Positions 25,701 to 38,604 of a DNA stretch of 64,000 nt are shown here, piece after piece. Below the pieces are notes generated by a model. That model had not been told where the DNA came from, made no database searches, and saw only the letters and a list, made by a program, of their open reading frames with translations. How positions within the stretch are numbered: the stretch's first letter is position 1; each line of letters opens with the position of its first letter. The translations under genes were made by a program, and so were the position numbers. The stretch comes from Vicugna vicugna (Eukaryota): contig MU058687.1 in assembly GCA_013265495.1 (NCBI GenBank), positions 3,536,001 to 3,600,000 of the forward strand. The letters run 5' to 3'.

Positions 25701-26414
25701 AGGGGTGGGTGGGGGTGGGGAGGCCTGGGTCCCACCTGCTTCTGGAAGCTGCCCTCCCCCCAACTCTCTTCTTTCTTCTTAGGCCTCCTAAGGAGACCCA
25801 GCACAACGATGGGGAGGGGGCCACTTGCGGTGCCCTTATCAGCTGTTAGGTGCCTCACCAGTTAATCCCCCAAACTAGCCTAGGTGGTGAGTACTTTTTC
25901 CTCAGCTCTTTGTAAGACCTTTCCTGATCACTTTAGCTGAAGGGGCCCCTGCACCTGAACCCCCACCAGCCACTCTCTAGAACCTCGCCATGTTTTACTT
26001 CACAGCACTGATCATAACTGGAAAATTATCTTGTTTATTTTTCACTTGTTTTTAGTGTCTCTTTGTCTATCTTGTTTGCCAAATGCCTGGTTTAGAATAG
26101 GTGTTCAAGAAATATTTGTTGAATAAATGAATGCTTACTTAACAGAACAGGAAACTGAGGCTCAAAGCGGTGAAGTAATTCTCAGGGTCACGTGGGGTAT
26201 AAAAGTGGCTGAGCTGAAATTAGTGGCCAGGTCTGATTGTCTTCAGAGCTTAAGGTCCTACCAGTGGACCAGGAGTCTCAAGCAGAGGGCTCAAGCCACT
26301 AAGGTGAGTGAGTGAACAGGGCTCTGTGTGTGGGTGTGTGAGGAGAGGTCTGTGTGTTGTGGTGCTGTCTCTGGTTACCCTGGCTGAAGTTTGCAGATGC
26401 TGATCAGCTGTGGC

Positions 26415-26590
26415 TAATCATTGCTGGAACTTCTGATTTTTAGGACAAGTTAGAAATCTGGAGTTTTTATGTGAAATGTCCTGGATTTTAAATGCTGGCA
26501 ACAAATCCACATTTAAAAAACACAGTATACAGAGCATGGCCAAACCAAACACAGCTGCAGGCTGGATAGGGCCGTGGTTTGCAACCTCTG
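26415..26590. mobile_element. MER102-like hAT fragment
   Basis: agaaatctggagtttttatgtgaaatgtcctggattttaaatgctggcaac. Confidence 0.65.
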
Positions 26591-26683
26591 CCCTCAACTC
26601 ACTTGCCATGTATGGAAAGCACCATGAATAATGCTCATCCCTTCCATAGACACCACACGTTGGGCATTTCATAGCCCTTCTTT

Positions 26684-27793
26684 TCTTAAATTGAAGTATA
26701 GTTGCTTTACAATATTGTGTTAGTTTCTGGTGTGTGGCATAGTGACTCAGTTATACATTCATATATAGAGAGAGATATATTCTTTTTCATTATAGGTTAT
26801 TACAAGATACTGAATATAGTTCCCTGTGCTGTACCATAGGACCTTGTTGTTTATCAATTTTATATGTAGTAGTTTGTATCTACTAATCCCAGACTCCTAA
26901 TTTATCCCTCCCCCCACTCCTTTCCCTTTTGGTAACCATAAGTTTGTTTTGTATGTCTGTGAGTCTGTCTCTGTTTTGTAAGCATGTTCATTTGTATCAT
27001 TTTTTAGATTCCACATTTAAGTGATATCATATGATATTTGTCTTTCTCTGACTTACTTCACTTAGTATGATAATTTCTAGGTCTATCAATGTTGCCACAA
27101 ATGGCATTATTTCATTCTTTTTTATGGCTGAGTAGTATTCCCTTGTATATCTACACCATATCTTTATCCAGTCATCTGACGATGGACATTTAGGTTGTTT
27201 CCATGTCTTGGCTATGGTAAATAGTGCTGCTGTGAACATTGGGATGCATGTACCTTTTAGAATTGGAGTTTTCTCTGAATATATGCCCAGGAGTGGGATT
27301 GCTAGATCATGTTAACTCTGAGTTTTCTAAAGAATCTCCATACTGTTTTCCATAGTGGCTACACCAAATTACGTTCTTATCAACAGTGCAGGAGGGTTGC
27401 CTTTTCCCCACACCTTCTACAGCATTTATTGTTTGTGGACTTTTTAATGATGGCCATTCTGACTGGTGTGAGGTGATACCTCATTGTAGTTTTGATTTGT
27501 TTTTCTCTGATAATTAGCGATATTGAGCATTTTTTCATGTGCCTATTGGCTGTTTGTATGTCTTCATTGGAGAAATGTCTGTTTAGGTCTTCTGCTTATT
27601 TTTTGATTAGGCTCTTTGTTTTTTGTTATTGAGTTGTATGAGCTGTTTTTATATTCTGAAAGTTAAGCTCTTGTCAGTCACATTGTTTGCAAATATTTTC
27701 TCCCATTCTGTAGATTGTCTTTTCGTTTTGTTCATGGTTTCCTTTGTTGTGCAAAAGTTTATAAGTTTAATTAGGTCCCATATGTTTATTTTG
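26684..27793 (-). mobile_element. Young 5'-truncated L1 with perfect 14-bp TSD
   Basis: ORF 27027-27239 MFTAALFTIAKTWKQPKCPS is the L1 ORF2 C-terminus; TSD catagcccttcttt at 26670-26683 and 27794-27807. Confidence 0.95.
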
Positions 27794-29838
27794 CATAGCC
27801 CTTCTTTACCTAATATTTAGTATTCATGATGCTTTAGGAGAGAGGTAGGGGAGATTGCTGTACCCATTTTAGGGATTAGCAAGCAAAGACTCGCTCTCTT
27901 ACAAAGCCATGGGGATGTGGCAAAGAGCTCTCACTTTTGGGCCCTTTGCCTTCTAGTCCAGTTTTGTCTTCCCAGGACCACCTCTCCCCATGTGTTTCAT
28001 TTCTCCCTCTATTTGGAATTTAGGAGAGAGGCTCTGTGTGGTGAATGGGGATTAAAGAAATCCCATACTGTGCTACTCTTAGGTTTGGGGTACTTCCAAC
28101 AGGATTTATTGCCAGCTCCTTGTGCTGGTTCTTGTTTGGAGATGCAGTTATCAAAATATTGTCACGCTAAGTAATGATTCATCAACACACTTTAATTCTG
28201 ATTAGACCTTCACAGTTGTCAGCCCAACAAGAGAAGGGGAACCCTTGGCCAGTCTGCAGACTCCCATTCTGTTCCAGGCTTCCCCTATTCCAATCCTGGG
28301 CCACCCCAAGAGTGGAAGGGCAGCAGACAAGTGTTGAATGAATGAATGAATTCCCAAGAACCCATGGGGTGAGGGAAAGAGGGAAGAGGACCTCTAATTA
28401 TAATGTCATAACCATAGCTAGAATTTATTGTGCACCTGTATACTCCAGACACTGCTTTAATAAAGCCTTTTCCATGTCTGTTGAGGTAATCTGTAAATCT
28501 AGAACAGTGACCTGCCCTCTGTAAGTGCTTGGAACATTTTACCCATGAATGTTTCATTTAATCCTCACAGCAACCCTGGGAGGGAGGCATCATTATCCCA
28601 ATTTGTAGATATGGAAGCCAAGTTGTAGGGAGAAACCCAGCTGGCCAGTGGTGGGCCCAGGGCTTGAACTTCCAGCTGTTGGACCCCAGACCAGATGCTC
28701 TCACCTACTTAGGAATCACAGAGGAGGGAGCTGAGGAGACAAGAGAAGTAAGGAAGAGCCTTCAAAGAGTCAAGAAAGGAAGGGTGCTTGTGGGAACTAG
28801 GCTAAGAAAGGGCAATGAGTAGGGGCCTCAGGCAGAAGAAGGGCCAGGGTGAGTTGAATTGGAACCTGGTTCAAGTCCCCCTGCTCCCTGCTGCCGTGTT
28901 TCCCCATGAACATGATGGAAGCTGGCAGATTCAGGATTAATCTAAAGGCTCCAGCTCTCTGAGTACCAGGTGGAAATTTGCCTCAAGCCTGGCCAGAGCA
29001 TGATTTGTAAGCGGGGCTTGACCTTGGCAGCCAGCCTGGCTTTGTACCTTCTACACTTGTCCACAGAGACTGGCAGGGCCGGGGACCCCCTGCTGAGACA
29101 GGTCAAAGGGCTTATAAACAGGCAGGAAACAAGAGAACTGATCAGTTTTTCTCAGTGAACTTAATGTTTTGTGAAGGAAGTGTGTAATTATATGAACTTA
29201 TGTGTATGGGGAGAAGCCCATGGCTGTCTGTCTCTGTGTCTCTGTCTCTCTGGGTGCAACCCGTGGGTGAACAAATATTTATTGTTTGTTGAGAAGGTGC
29301 CAGGGAGACACCAGCCAGTAAGTCTTGGTACTCATGGAATTTAGAGTTTAGAGGGAATAACAGACATAAAATAGGCAGTTAGTCGCAAGTACCCAAGTCC
29401 TGGCACTGCTGTCTTCTGTTACCACGTGGCTTTTCTTGACTAAACAACACTGTCATCTTGCCTGTTCCTTTCTCCTCTCCTCAGCTTTCTATGTTACTTT
29501 CCCATCTCTGGCCACTCTCTTCAGCCTCCCTTTCCTCTGCACTGAGTCTGAGTTTACCTTTCTTCCTGCAACAGAGGCTTCCCACTCTTTTTTGAGGAGC
29601 TCCAGGCAAATGTTCCACACAAGGCTCTTGTTAATCTCCACCTGTGAGTCGCTCTCCTGCTCGTCTTCCCCCATAAATTCTGGCGGTTTCCCTTGGTCAG
29701 GATGGACTCTGCAGAGCACTTCTACTCCTGAGGGATGGTTTTGGAGAGAGATCACTACAGAGAAAAGTATCACTTTAGTCTTAATTCCTCTTGGTAAATT
29801 GCACGTGACCGAGTTCACACCTTTGGAGGGAAAACTTT

Positions 29839-29939
29839 AAGAAAATTTTATTTTTTTTTATTGGAGGCACTGGGGATTGAACCTGGGACCTCATGCATGC
29901 TAAGCATGTACTCTGCCACTGAGCTATTTCCGTCCCCCC
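29839..29939 (-). mobile_element. tRNA-derived SINE (vic-1-like, short tail)
   Basis: Minus strand ATAGCTCAGTGGCAGAG...CAGGTTCAATCCCCAG; flanked by ggaaaac repeats. Confidence 0.88.
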
Positions 29940-30725
29940 AGGAAAACATTTGTTATGCTCATTTCCATCACTGTTCCCTTCACTGAACATGTCTTTAAGG
30001 ATATTCAGTGGGCCAGATATAGGGCCAGGGGCTGGAGATGTGTGGTGATAAGCCCCTATTCCCGTTACTGTCTTTTTGGGGAAGCAGGGAGGGCCTATCA
30101 AGTGGTAGTTAATAAGATAAGCCCCCTCCTAACCCTGAGATTCTGTGATTCCTTATCGTTTATTCCAATACTTTTCAAACTTCTTTGATCAAGATTAATA
30201 GTAAAATATACACATATTTTACATATTTTTTACGTGATCCAGTATGCATGGGTATACATTATTCATACATATGCACATACATATTAATAAATAAAAATAT
30301 AACAAGTTTTACAAAGCAATATTTACCCTTAATATGTCTATATTTTCTATTTTGTTTCATTTAAAAATGCTGACCCTATAACTCACTAAATTGATTTTTA
30401 TGACTCAATATCTCACTATTAAGTTTCAAATTACAGTTTGGAAAACACTAATCTAACAGTAACTTGGAGCATACACTCTCTCCTGTTGTCAAGTAGTTGT
30501 CTAGTGTTTGCTGGGATTTCTCTGGTGATAGGGAACTCAGAATCTACCTAGGAAGTCAGTTCTGTCTTTGGACAGCTTTGTCTGTTAAAAAGTTTCTTAT
30601 AATGATCTTAAATCTGGTCTTCCACATAGACTGACTCATTCTTCTTGCATGTAAAATCCACTCACAATAGCAATTGTGCCCTCTTCCATTCCTCGGTCAT
30701 GTATAGTGATGTTGTAATTCTGGAT

Positions 30726-31118
30726 CAGTGGTGTTCTTGAGCCAATGTGCACCAGCTTGTGAGAGCCAATTTCCAAATTTTAGGAATTTTGTGAGTTGAT
30801 TATTAAAAGTCATTATTAAAAATTAAATTCTATGACTTACAAATGTACTAACAAAGATAATACATATTCAAAACTCATCACTTCCTAATTATTTTACTAT
30901 ATTTGACCATTATCTATACTCTTGAAGTTATTTACGTCTATCGTACCTGTGTGCTAGAAATACCACACCATAGTGTGCTAGTGCCCATCTCTTTCCAGCT
31001 CTGTACAGTGACATCACATTACTAGCTTGAAACTGGCCATGGCGAGGGTATTTACAGCATAGAAATCTGCACCACCCCTAGGAAAGCCAGTTGTTAAGCA
31101 TTTACCAGCACACCATTG
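30726..31118. mobile_element. MER63-like hAT-Blackjack element
   Basis: TIRs cagtggtgttct / agcacaccattg. Confidence 0.8.
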
Positions 31119-33167
31119 CTCTGCAGTCGCACTGCTTGGGTTTAATCTCAGCTGCAGCACTTGCTAGCTGTGTGACTTGGGCAAGCTACTTAACATCTCT
31201 CTGATTCAGTTTCTTTGCACAATGCACATCTTTCTAACATTACTTTGAGGATTAAACGAATTAATGCCCATTAAGTATTTAGAACGGTGCCTGACACAAG
31301 GCACGTACATAGGTGACAGGTGTCACCTAGGCCAATTGTTGCTGAATTATTACATTCTCCCTGGTAGAATTATGGTTTCCAGGAGTCACTCAGCCTGGTC
31401 ACCCTCCCCTATCTTGCCTTCGTACTTGACATATGGGTTTACCTTCTCTTCCCAGCCAGATCACAGGGCCCCTGAGAGTAGGGGTAGTTGGCATTTTCTT
31501 TGCAACCACTAGGTCCCAGCCTTGAGTCCGGTCCTGGCTGGATGCTCAATCTCAGTGACCAGTGGGAACCCTCCGGGGGCCCTTGCTGTTCTCAGTGTGG
31601 GACTCTTCTCCTGGTGGAAGCCCCTGGGCTTGGCTGGTTGATTTGAGGGTAAATAAATGTTTTGGTGGAGGCAGCCCTGAGCTGCCTAGCCATCTCAGAC
31701 AGTCCAGCTGCCACCAGGTGGTTGGCCTGTAAATCACTAGGCCTTCCTTACCCTGAGACTTGATAAAGCTGAAGCATAAACAGCCTCTTGTGTCAGTGAT
31801 GAAGCATCTGGCTCCTCCCTCAGCTCCGAACAAGGCCTCGTGGAACTCACTTCAGCCCTGATTCTTTCTTGCATATAGCTGCTGTGCTATTTGAAGAAGT
31901 CGGGAGACTCTCCTGCCTCAAAACAGCTCCACCGGTGCCTATATTTTACCATTAGGGATTTATTTTGGGGGATTAAACAGTGCTTTCTCCATAAGGTTTT
32001 ATTTTAAAATGGTGGTACCTTGAGAGAGTGGTGTCTTATTAAGCCTCTAAAATCTCAGTGTGAATGAACTTGTCAGCCACATTGGTTCCTGCTCCACTGC
32101 CATCTTTTATCAAAGTGGGCACTAATTCCAAAGAAATACTGTAGGCACCACTATGTGGTGTCGAGTCCCAAACCTGGCTGTACTTTCAGAATCACCAGGA
32201 TGTGCTTTTGCTTAATTAGAAAAATTTAAATTTGAAAAGTATTAACCACCCCTCCCTCCCCTGTAAAATAAATCACTCATACAATCTCATTATTTAAATA
32301 CATGTTTTTGTATATTAAAAAGGGATGAAAACTTCCCCCTCAACTTAACTACTTCCATCGTGGGGAGTGAAAAATTAGTGATTTCCTGGGTTCCTCCCTA
32401 AACCTAGCTAGAATTTTCTGAAATAGGGGCCAGGAATCCTTAGTTAAAAATATTCTCTCCTGGTGATTCCTATTGTGCAGACAGGTGGGGGAACTAGTGG
32501 AACAGTGGATTGAAGTTTCTCAGTGATAGGTACTATATTTGATTCATTTCCAAGTTCCTGCATTTCCCTGCCCAGGGCTTGGTACATAGCAGAACACAAT
32601 TGGTACTTAATAAGTGGTATTTAAACAAGAAGAAGCTAGGAGTTGGGTGGACTTGGATTTGACTCTAAATTTTGCCACTTCCTTCGTACCCTGGGCAGGC
32701 AACTTTCTCCTTACCTGGGAAATCGGGATGATAATGTGCACAAAAATAGGGTTAAGGGCTGGTGGGATTGTCCCACCCTCGTCGTGCCTCCCTTCCTGGG
32801 GCTGTCAGGGGAAAGGATGCACTCAATTAGAGGACAGGATAAGTCCCAAGAGGTTCTGTATCCATTACTCAGGGGGCATCTATAAGCCTCCTTGGAGCGC
32901 TGGCCCTACCCTACTGCCACAGGTCTTATGACACTGCCTGTGGGCTGTGCAGAGAAAGAGCTGGGGACATTGGCCGGGCTGGGATCGATCCCGTTGTCTG
33001 CCTGTGGCTGGATTGATTGAATTCCTGCTTGATACCTGCAATTAGAGACCAACTGAAGATAATTTCCAGCATGACCTGCTCTAGCTCCTAAGGACTGTGG
33101 GGGAGGTCACCTTAGAGGAAGGCAAGAGACTAGCAAGGAGCTTGCAGAGAACAGGGAGGGCACTCCC

Positions 33168-33192
33168 TGTGTGTGTGTGTGTGTGTGTGTGT
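33168..33192. repeat. (TG)n microsatellite
   Basis: Seen directly. Confidence 0.95.
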
Positions 33193-35169
33193 CCTGCCAT
33201 CTTCATGTGTAAGGGAGGGAGCTCTGACTGCCTTTCCCACAGTCTGACTGTGACTTGTTGACACCTGCTTCTTTTGATACTTTTCTATCCCAATTTCAAT
33301 AATCATCATATGAGTGCATTTTAGAACGTTTTATTGAACAGGCAGAGTTTGGAGTGCTTGGGGGAGGGACAGCACAGGCATCAGTAAGTATCTGTGTCTG
33401 CGTTCTGTGGCCTCTTACCTTAGGAAGAAGGAGTTAGGCTTGTGTCGCTTCAGGGACTTGGTTTCTGGCTGAGGTCTCTGGTGGAATCCTGGAGCCAATT
33501 CTTGGAATGGTGAGAGGCAAAAAAGTGTGGAGCTATGCCACTCTGGATTTGGTTACTTTGGGACTCAGCTGTTCTAGGAATTGAGGCTTCCTGTAGTTTT
33601 TTTTTTTTTCATCTGTAAAGTGGGATAACAGTATCTGTTTTACAAAGGGGTAAGAAGCCAATGAGAAAACCTAGGGAAAGCACCTAGCATGATCCTTGCA
33701 ACAAAGTAGCTGCTCAAAACGGTAACTATTGTGGCTGTTGTAATTTTTCTTATTTTCCCTATCCTAAGATCTCCCCCAAGTTTTAATGTATCTGAAATCA
33801 TGTCGTGTCTTAGAGTCATTATATACCCTTTAGGTATAGTGTTTTGCTCTCTTTCTCCCCCAAGAACTGTTATTAAAATCAATGATGAATTTTATAACTA
33901 AGATAGTTTTTCAGACCTGAGAAAACGTGGTATCAGAGTTCTGCTTCCCAGTCTTCAGCTGGGACTTCAGCGATACACAGCTTTGTTTGGCCAGTAACCT
34001 CTCTTTAAAAAGGGAGATTAGCAGGTGTTAAAAGTGTATTAGCAGCTAACTGAGCAAAATTAAGAAAGCATTGAAGAAAGGGGAAAGGTTGCAGAAAAGT
34101 AGGTAACTATGTAAAGCTTCACATGGAAGGGGAAAATTTAAGAGCTTCTCTGATCTGGGCATCTCCAGAACCCATGTTTGTTGTTCCATCTTGCTCACCT
34201 GCCTGCCTCTTTAGAACAACCCCTCTCCTCCTGTGGGGTCCTCTGCCTTAGGAGCCCTAGGAGAGCCTGTAGCTGAGGTGTTTGCCCACTTGTGACAGGG
34301 CGTCTTAGATCTCCACACAAGGAACGGTCATCTGCCAGTGCACTCAATTAAAACTAAAAAACAACCTAGAGCCTAATTTCTAAGACACTAGAAAATAGCA
34401 AAATGTGGTATAATTCTGGTCCCTCCTTTTATAACTACTTCATAAGAGATTTGGAGATGTCCTAAGTCTCTGTCTTTCTATGTGTGTGTGCACACGTGTG
34501 TGCTGTTCAATTAGGGGACCTGATATTCCTGAGAGAATCTTACTGGAATCATTCTAGAGAATTAACACATTGCTGCAGGCACCCAGCAGCCAAAGGAAGC
34601 TTCCAAGCCCTCTGTGGATTCCAGGCGCTGGGCTATGAGCAAAATCCTTCTGAGGTCTTGCATTTCATTCCCATGTTCTTGGCAAGGTGGGAAGTGGATG
34701 GTGCTTTCACTGGAATGAAGCCATGTGGGCTGATCATACATCTGTCGCTGATTCCACCACGACTGCCTCAGCTAGGAGCCTATACCTGCTGTGTGGCGGG
34801 TACTATGCTAAACACGCAACTTGCAGTTCCTAGTGTGACTCTCACAATGTTCCTATTAGAGCAGTCCTATTATGAATACCATTTTGCAGATGAGAAATAT
34901 AATCCCAGAAGACTTGCTTTATGATTCCCAGGTCAGTCTGACCCCATACTCCCGAGTGTTAAGTTCTCTGCCAAGATTGCTGCTTTCTGGCAGTTTTGGA
35001 GAAGGGAGCTGAGCGTATGGGTAGATATGCTGGGAGAGGTCCCAGGGGTCCTGAGCTGTGTGTGCTCCATCCGAGCCTCGCTTCTGTCCTGGGTAGCCCC
35101 TGCGTAGATCTCCCTTAGAGTTGCTCATCACATGACTCCAGGAAGCATCATCCACATCTTGGTCTATGA

Positions 35170-35372
35170 CAGAAGATGGCAAATTTGTAAAAGGCCAGAT
35201 AACATTTTTGGCTTTGCAGGCATTACAATCTCTGTCTCAAATACCCACCTCCACTGTTGTAGCATGAAAGCTTCCACAGAGACCTTGTAAATGAATGGGC
35301 ACAACTATGTTCCAATAACACCTTATTTACAAAACCAGGTGGCAGGTTGTAGACTGCTGATCGCAAGTCTGT
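35170..35372. mobile_element. MER58A-like hAT MITE
   Basis: gtaaaaggccagataacatttttggctttgcagg...gttccaataacaccttatttacaaaacc. Confidence 0.85.
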
Positions 35373-38300
35373 GGCAGTCAAAGGGGTGACTTTTACAGAC
35401 AACCAGGTGGAAGGTGCCCCCTAGAAGGGTGCAGAAAGGGAGCCCTGCTTTTTGGTAACTGACAGGTATTCCTGACTGGGAGAGAATGGTCAGCTGGGTC
35501 GAGGGGAGCTTGTGTGTTTGTGTGTATGTGTGTGTGTGCGCGCGTGCACCCGCGTGGTGGAGAATGGAGTGGGAGTTATGCATATGTGTACTCATGTAAA
35601 TGAATCACATTCCTTATTAAAACCACCCTAGTTTAATGGACCTTATTAAAATAAAAGCAAAAATGTCAGCATTGTCAGGAGGCCCTTGCAGGTAGGGAAG
35701 AGACACTCAGGGGCTCCCTGAGTTTCAGTTGTCTTTGTTGGGGAGAGGGGTTCCCCATGGTCCCTGAAATAGTGATTCCAGGGATGAGCTATTTTCCCCT
35801 TTAGAGGTCAGCCCGCAGCGCAGGCAAAACTCTTCCTTAGTTCTCTTTCGTGCAGTCAAAAGATGGAGAGATTCCAGATTTTTCAGAGCATTCAGAGGAA
35901 ACCAAAGGCACATGTGCATATATAAGACACATGAATATGTCCAGTTTACCTACATGGAGAACCTCATTCTCAACATACAAATAGGGCCCACAGCCGTGTC
36001 ATGCCAGTTAGCTTTAAATGAATTTTAAAAGCATGTAAGTAGTACAAGGAAAATAAAGTACATTTAGAAAGAAACAAAATAAAAATCAGGTGTAGTCCTT
36101 CCATCCAGGGATGACCACTGCGCATTCTGCTGTGTCATTCTCCGTGCCCTTTTGGGAACGTGCTCAGTGTCTTTCTTGAACGACAGGTATAAATCCGTAC
36201 AACAGTAATGACAGCGCAGCAATAGAAGGGTCATTCCGTCGCAGCAGAATAAGCACTGAGGGATGTCTGGTGAGGGGGAAGGGAGGGGAGAGACACCACG
36301 GGCCATGCAAGGTGCTGGTTGGGCAGCTGTGCCTCTGTTTCTTTCTGGGTGCCAGTCTGGGAACAGTGGCAGGAACGGGGTTGGGTGGGCGTGCACAGCT
36401 GTCTGAGGTGTCCTTGCCCTCTCTTGGGTGAAAAGGAGGTGGCAACTGTTCTGCAAATGGAGATGGGAGAGGGGTAGGAGTCGGTGCCTCCTTCTCATTC
36501 TCTGCAGCTGCCCATCCACCCTGGTCAATGATGCTTGTCCATCACTGCCGAGATCCAAGTCCAGTCATGTGCGAGGGGAACATCTGTTCCCATGGCTGCA
36601 GGGCCCTGCAGTCGTGAAGCCAGAGTGACTGCAGAAGCCAAACATGGGGTCACTGAAAGTATGTTCTGTGCGGGTGGAGGGGGGTACAGAATGCAGAGTG
36701 GAGGGCAGGGGTTCTGGTGTCATTGGGGGCACTGCCTGTTACTCTCTGGGCAGCTGGCACAACCAACCCATTGGACACTGGGGCTCCTGGGTCCCCTGGT
36801 TCAGGGTCTGATAGAGGGATGTAGGCAGTGGCTCCTCAGGAGCTCTGTAGGCTGAGGGTAGAAAGTGGAGCATAGAATGTACTTGTTTCCTGATTTCTGT
36901 GCCTCTCAGCATCGTCAGTGTAATAGAGGATGAATTTCTCTTGTTACCATGTTATAAGGGCTTTGTGGACACAGTTCTTTATGGCCTCAGAGACCAGGTG
37001 TTCACAGCAGGACCTGCTTCCATCTTTTTCATTATTTCTGCCGCCAGAGCTGCACAGATAGCACAGGGGTTAAGAACCAGTGCTTTGGAGTAAAACTGAA
37101 GTGGGTTCAAATACCAGCTCCTGTGTGTCCTGGCTGTGTGACGTTGAGCAAGAGATGAAATCTCTCTGTGCCTGTTTCCATCCCCGAAAATGAAGGTAAC
37201 AATGCCTGTCTTTGGAGGTGTGGGAAGGATCAGTTGAATTAATCACCCAGCCGAGTCTGTAGCAGCCAGTAGGGTAAGTGTTTTTGCTTCCTTTGTCGCT
37301 TGGTTTTGTTCACATCTGTGGGCTCTGTGACTGTGCTCTTCGAGGTACCCGGGCATCTGCCATTCAGGAAAGGATCAAGGTCAGTACCTTTAAGCTCCCT
37401 GTTTGATCCTGTGACAGCCATCTGGTCACCACCACTCACTGTACACCCCGGCAGCCTATTTCCCAGGCCTTAAGGGTATGAGAGTGCTAATGAGTCACGT
37501 GGATGGCCATGGCCTGTTTCTCTTCCTGCCTCTTGTCTTTACCTGCTTACCTAGCACCTCAGTCTGACACATCTGGGAGTGCCTGGGGGTAGTGGCCTTG
37601 AGTGATTGTGTCAGAGCTGGTCTGTAGCCTCAGGGCTCTGCAGCTGTTGCTATGTTCCCCTGAGTCCCTGGGCTCTTTTCCCCACCAGCCTCACCCAGTG
37701 TTTCCCAGTGGACACCACCGCCCTTCCCAAGATTGCTCTCCAGGCCTGTCCATCCTTTCTCTGAGGATCATGAGCCACCAAGGCTATTCCAGAGTCTGTG
37801 CTGAAACATGGATTGGTGGGAGCAGGGTAAGAGCAGAGAATTTCTTTGAATGTACTTTTGGGGTCACACTCAGCTGGGTGGTAGTGTCCTAAAGCCTTTC
37901 TGCTGCTCTGATCTCCGATATTCTCTTGAGATGTCTCTTCACTTTTTATTTCCAGCATCCCCCCACCCTCTGGACTTCAGATCTGGTTCCCATGAGGACT
38001 GGCTGGGACTAGGTCTGAGAGCCTGCCTAGATTCATCCCTTCTTTCCCACCCTGGGCTTCTATGGATTGCAAGATCTCCCAGAAAGATCCTCAGACCTCA
38101 CAAAGAGGCTCTGGCAGGCCTGTCCTGCTGGGCTCCCTGCCAAGCCCAGATGCCCAGGTGGTGGCCTCATGCCCACATGATCATTCACCATTTACTTGGG
38201 CACTGTCATGGGTCATCTGGCCTTCTCTTTTCCAAACTAACTAATCCTGTTTCCTACAACTATCCACTTATGCACTTGGCAATTTTCTTCTGATCCTTTC

Positions 38301-38604
38301 AAGTTCAACAGGTTTTTCTTGGTGTAGGGGCCCAGCTGTGGTCCCGGGGACAGATTCTGAATGACGCTGAACAGTGCGGGCTGTTGCCGTGTTTCCTGCA
38401 TGCCATGTTCTTCGTATGAGGTGATCTTTGTGACCAGGGATACACCCTGCTCAGGGGGCGTCTCTGGAGTGGTGACCTAGTCCTGAGAGTCAGCAGAACT
38501 CTTGCCCTTGCCTTCCCTCCTCCCCCAGCCCAGATAGCTTTCCGTTCCAGCCAGCTGGTCCTAATGTAGATCACTGTGGAGATCACCCTTATTCCTCTGA
38601 AGGC

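Noticed and set aside
27027..27239. 70-aa ORF with strong homology
   Set aside because: L1 ORF2 C-terminal remnant
32981..32992. Palindrome gggatcgatccc
   Set aside because: 12-bp palindromes are expected many times by chance in 64 kb
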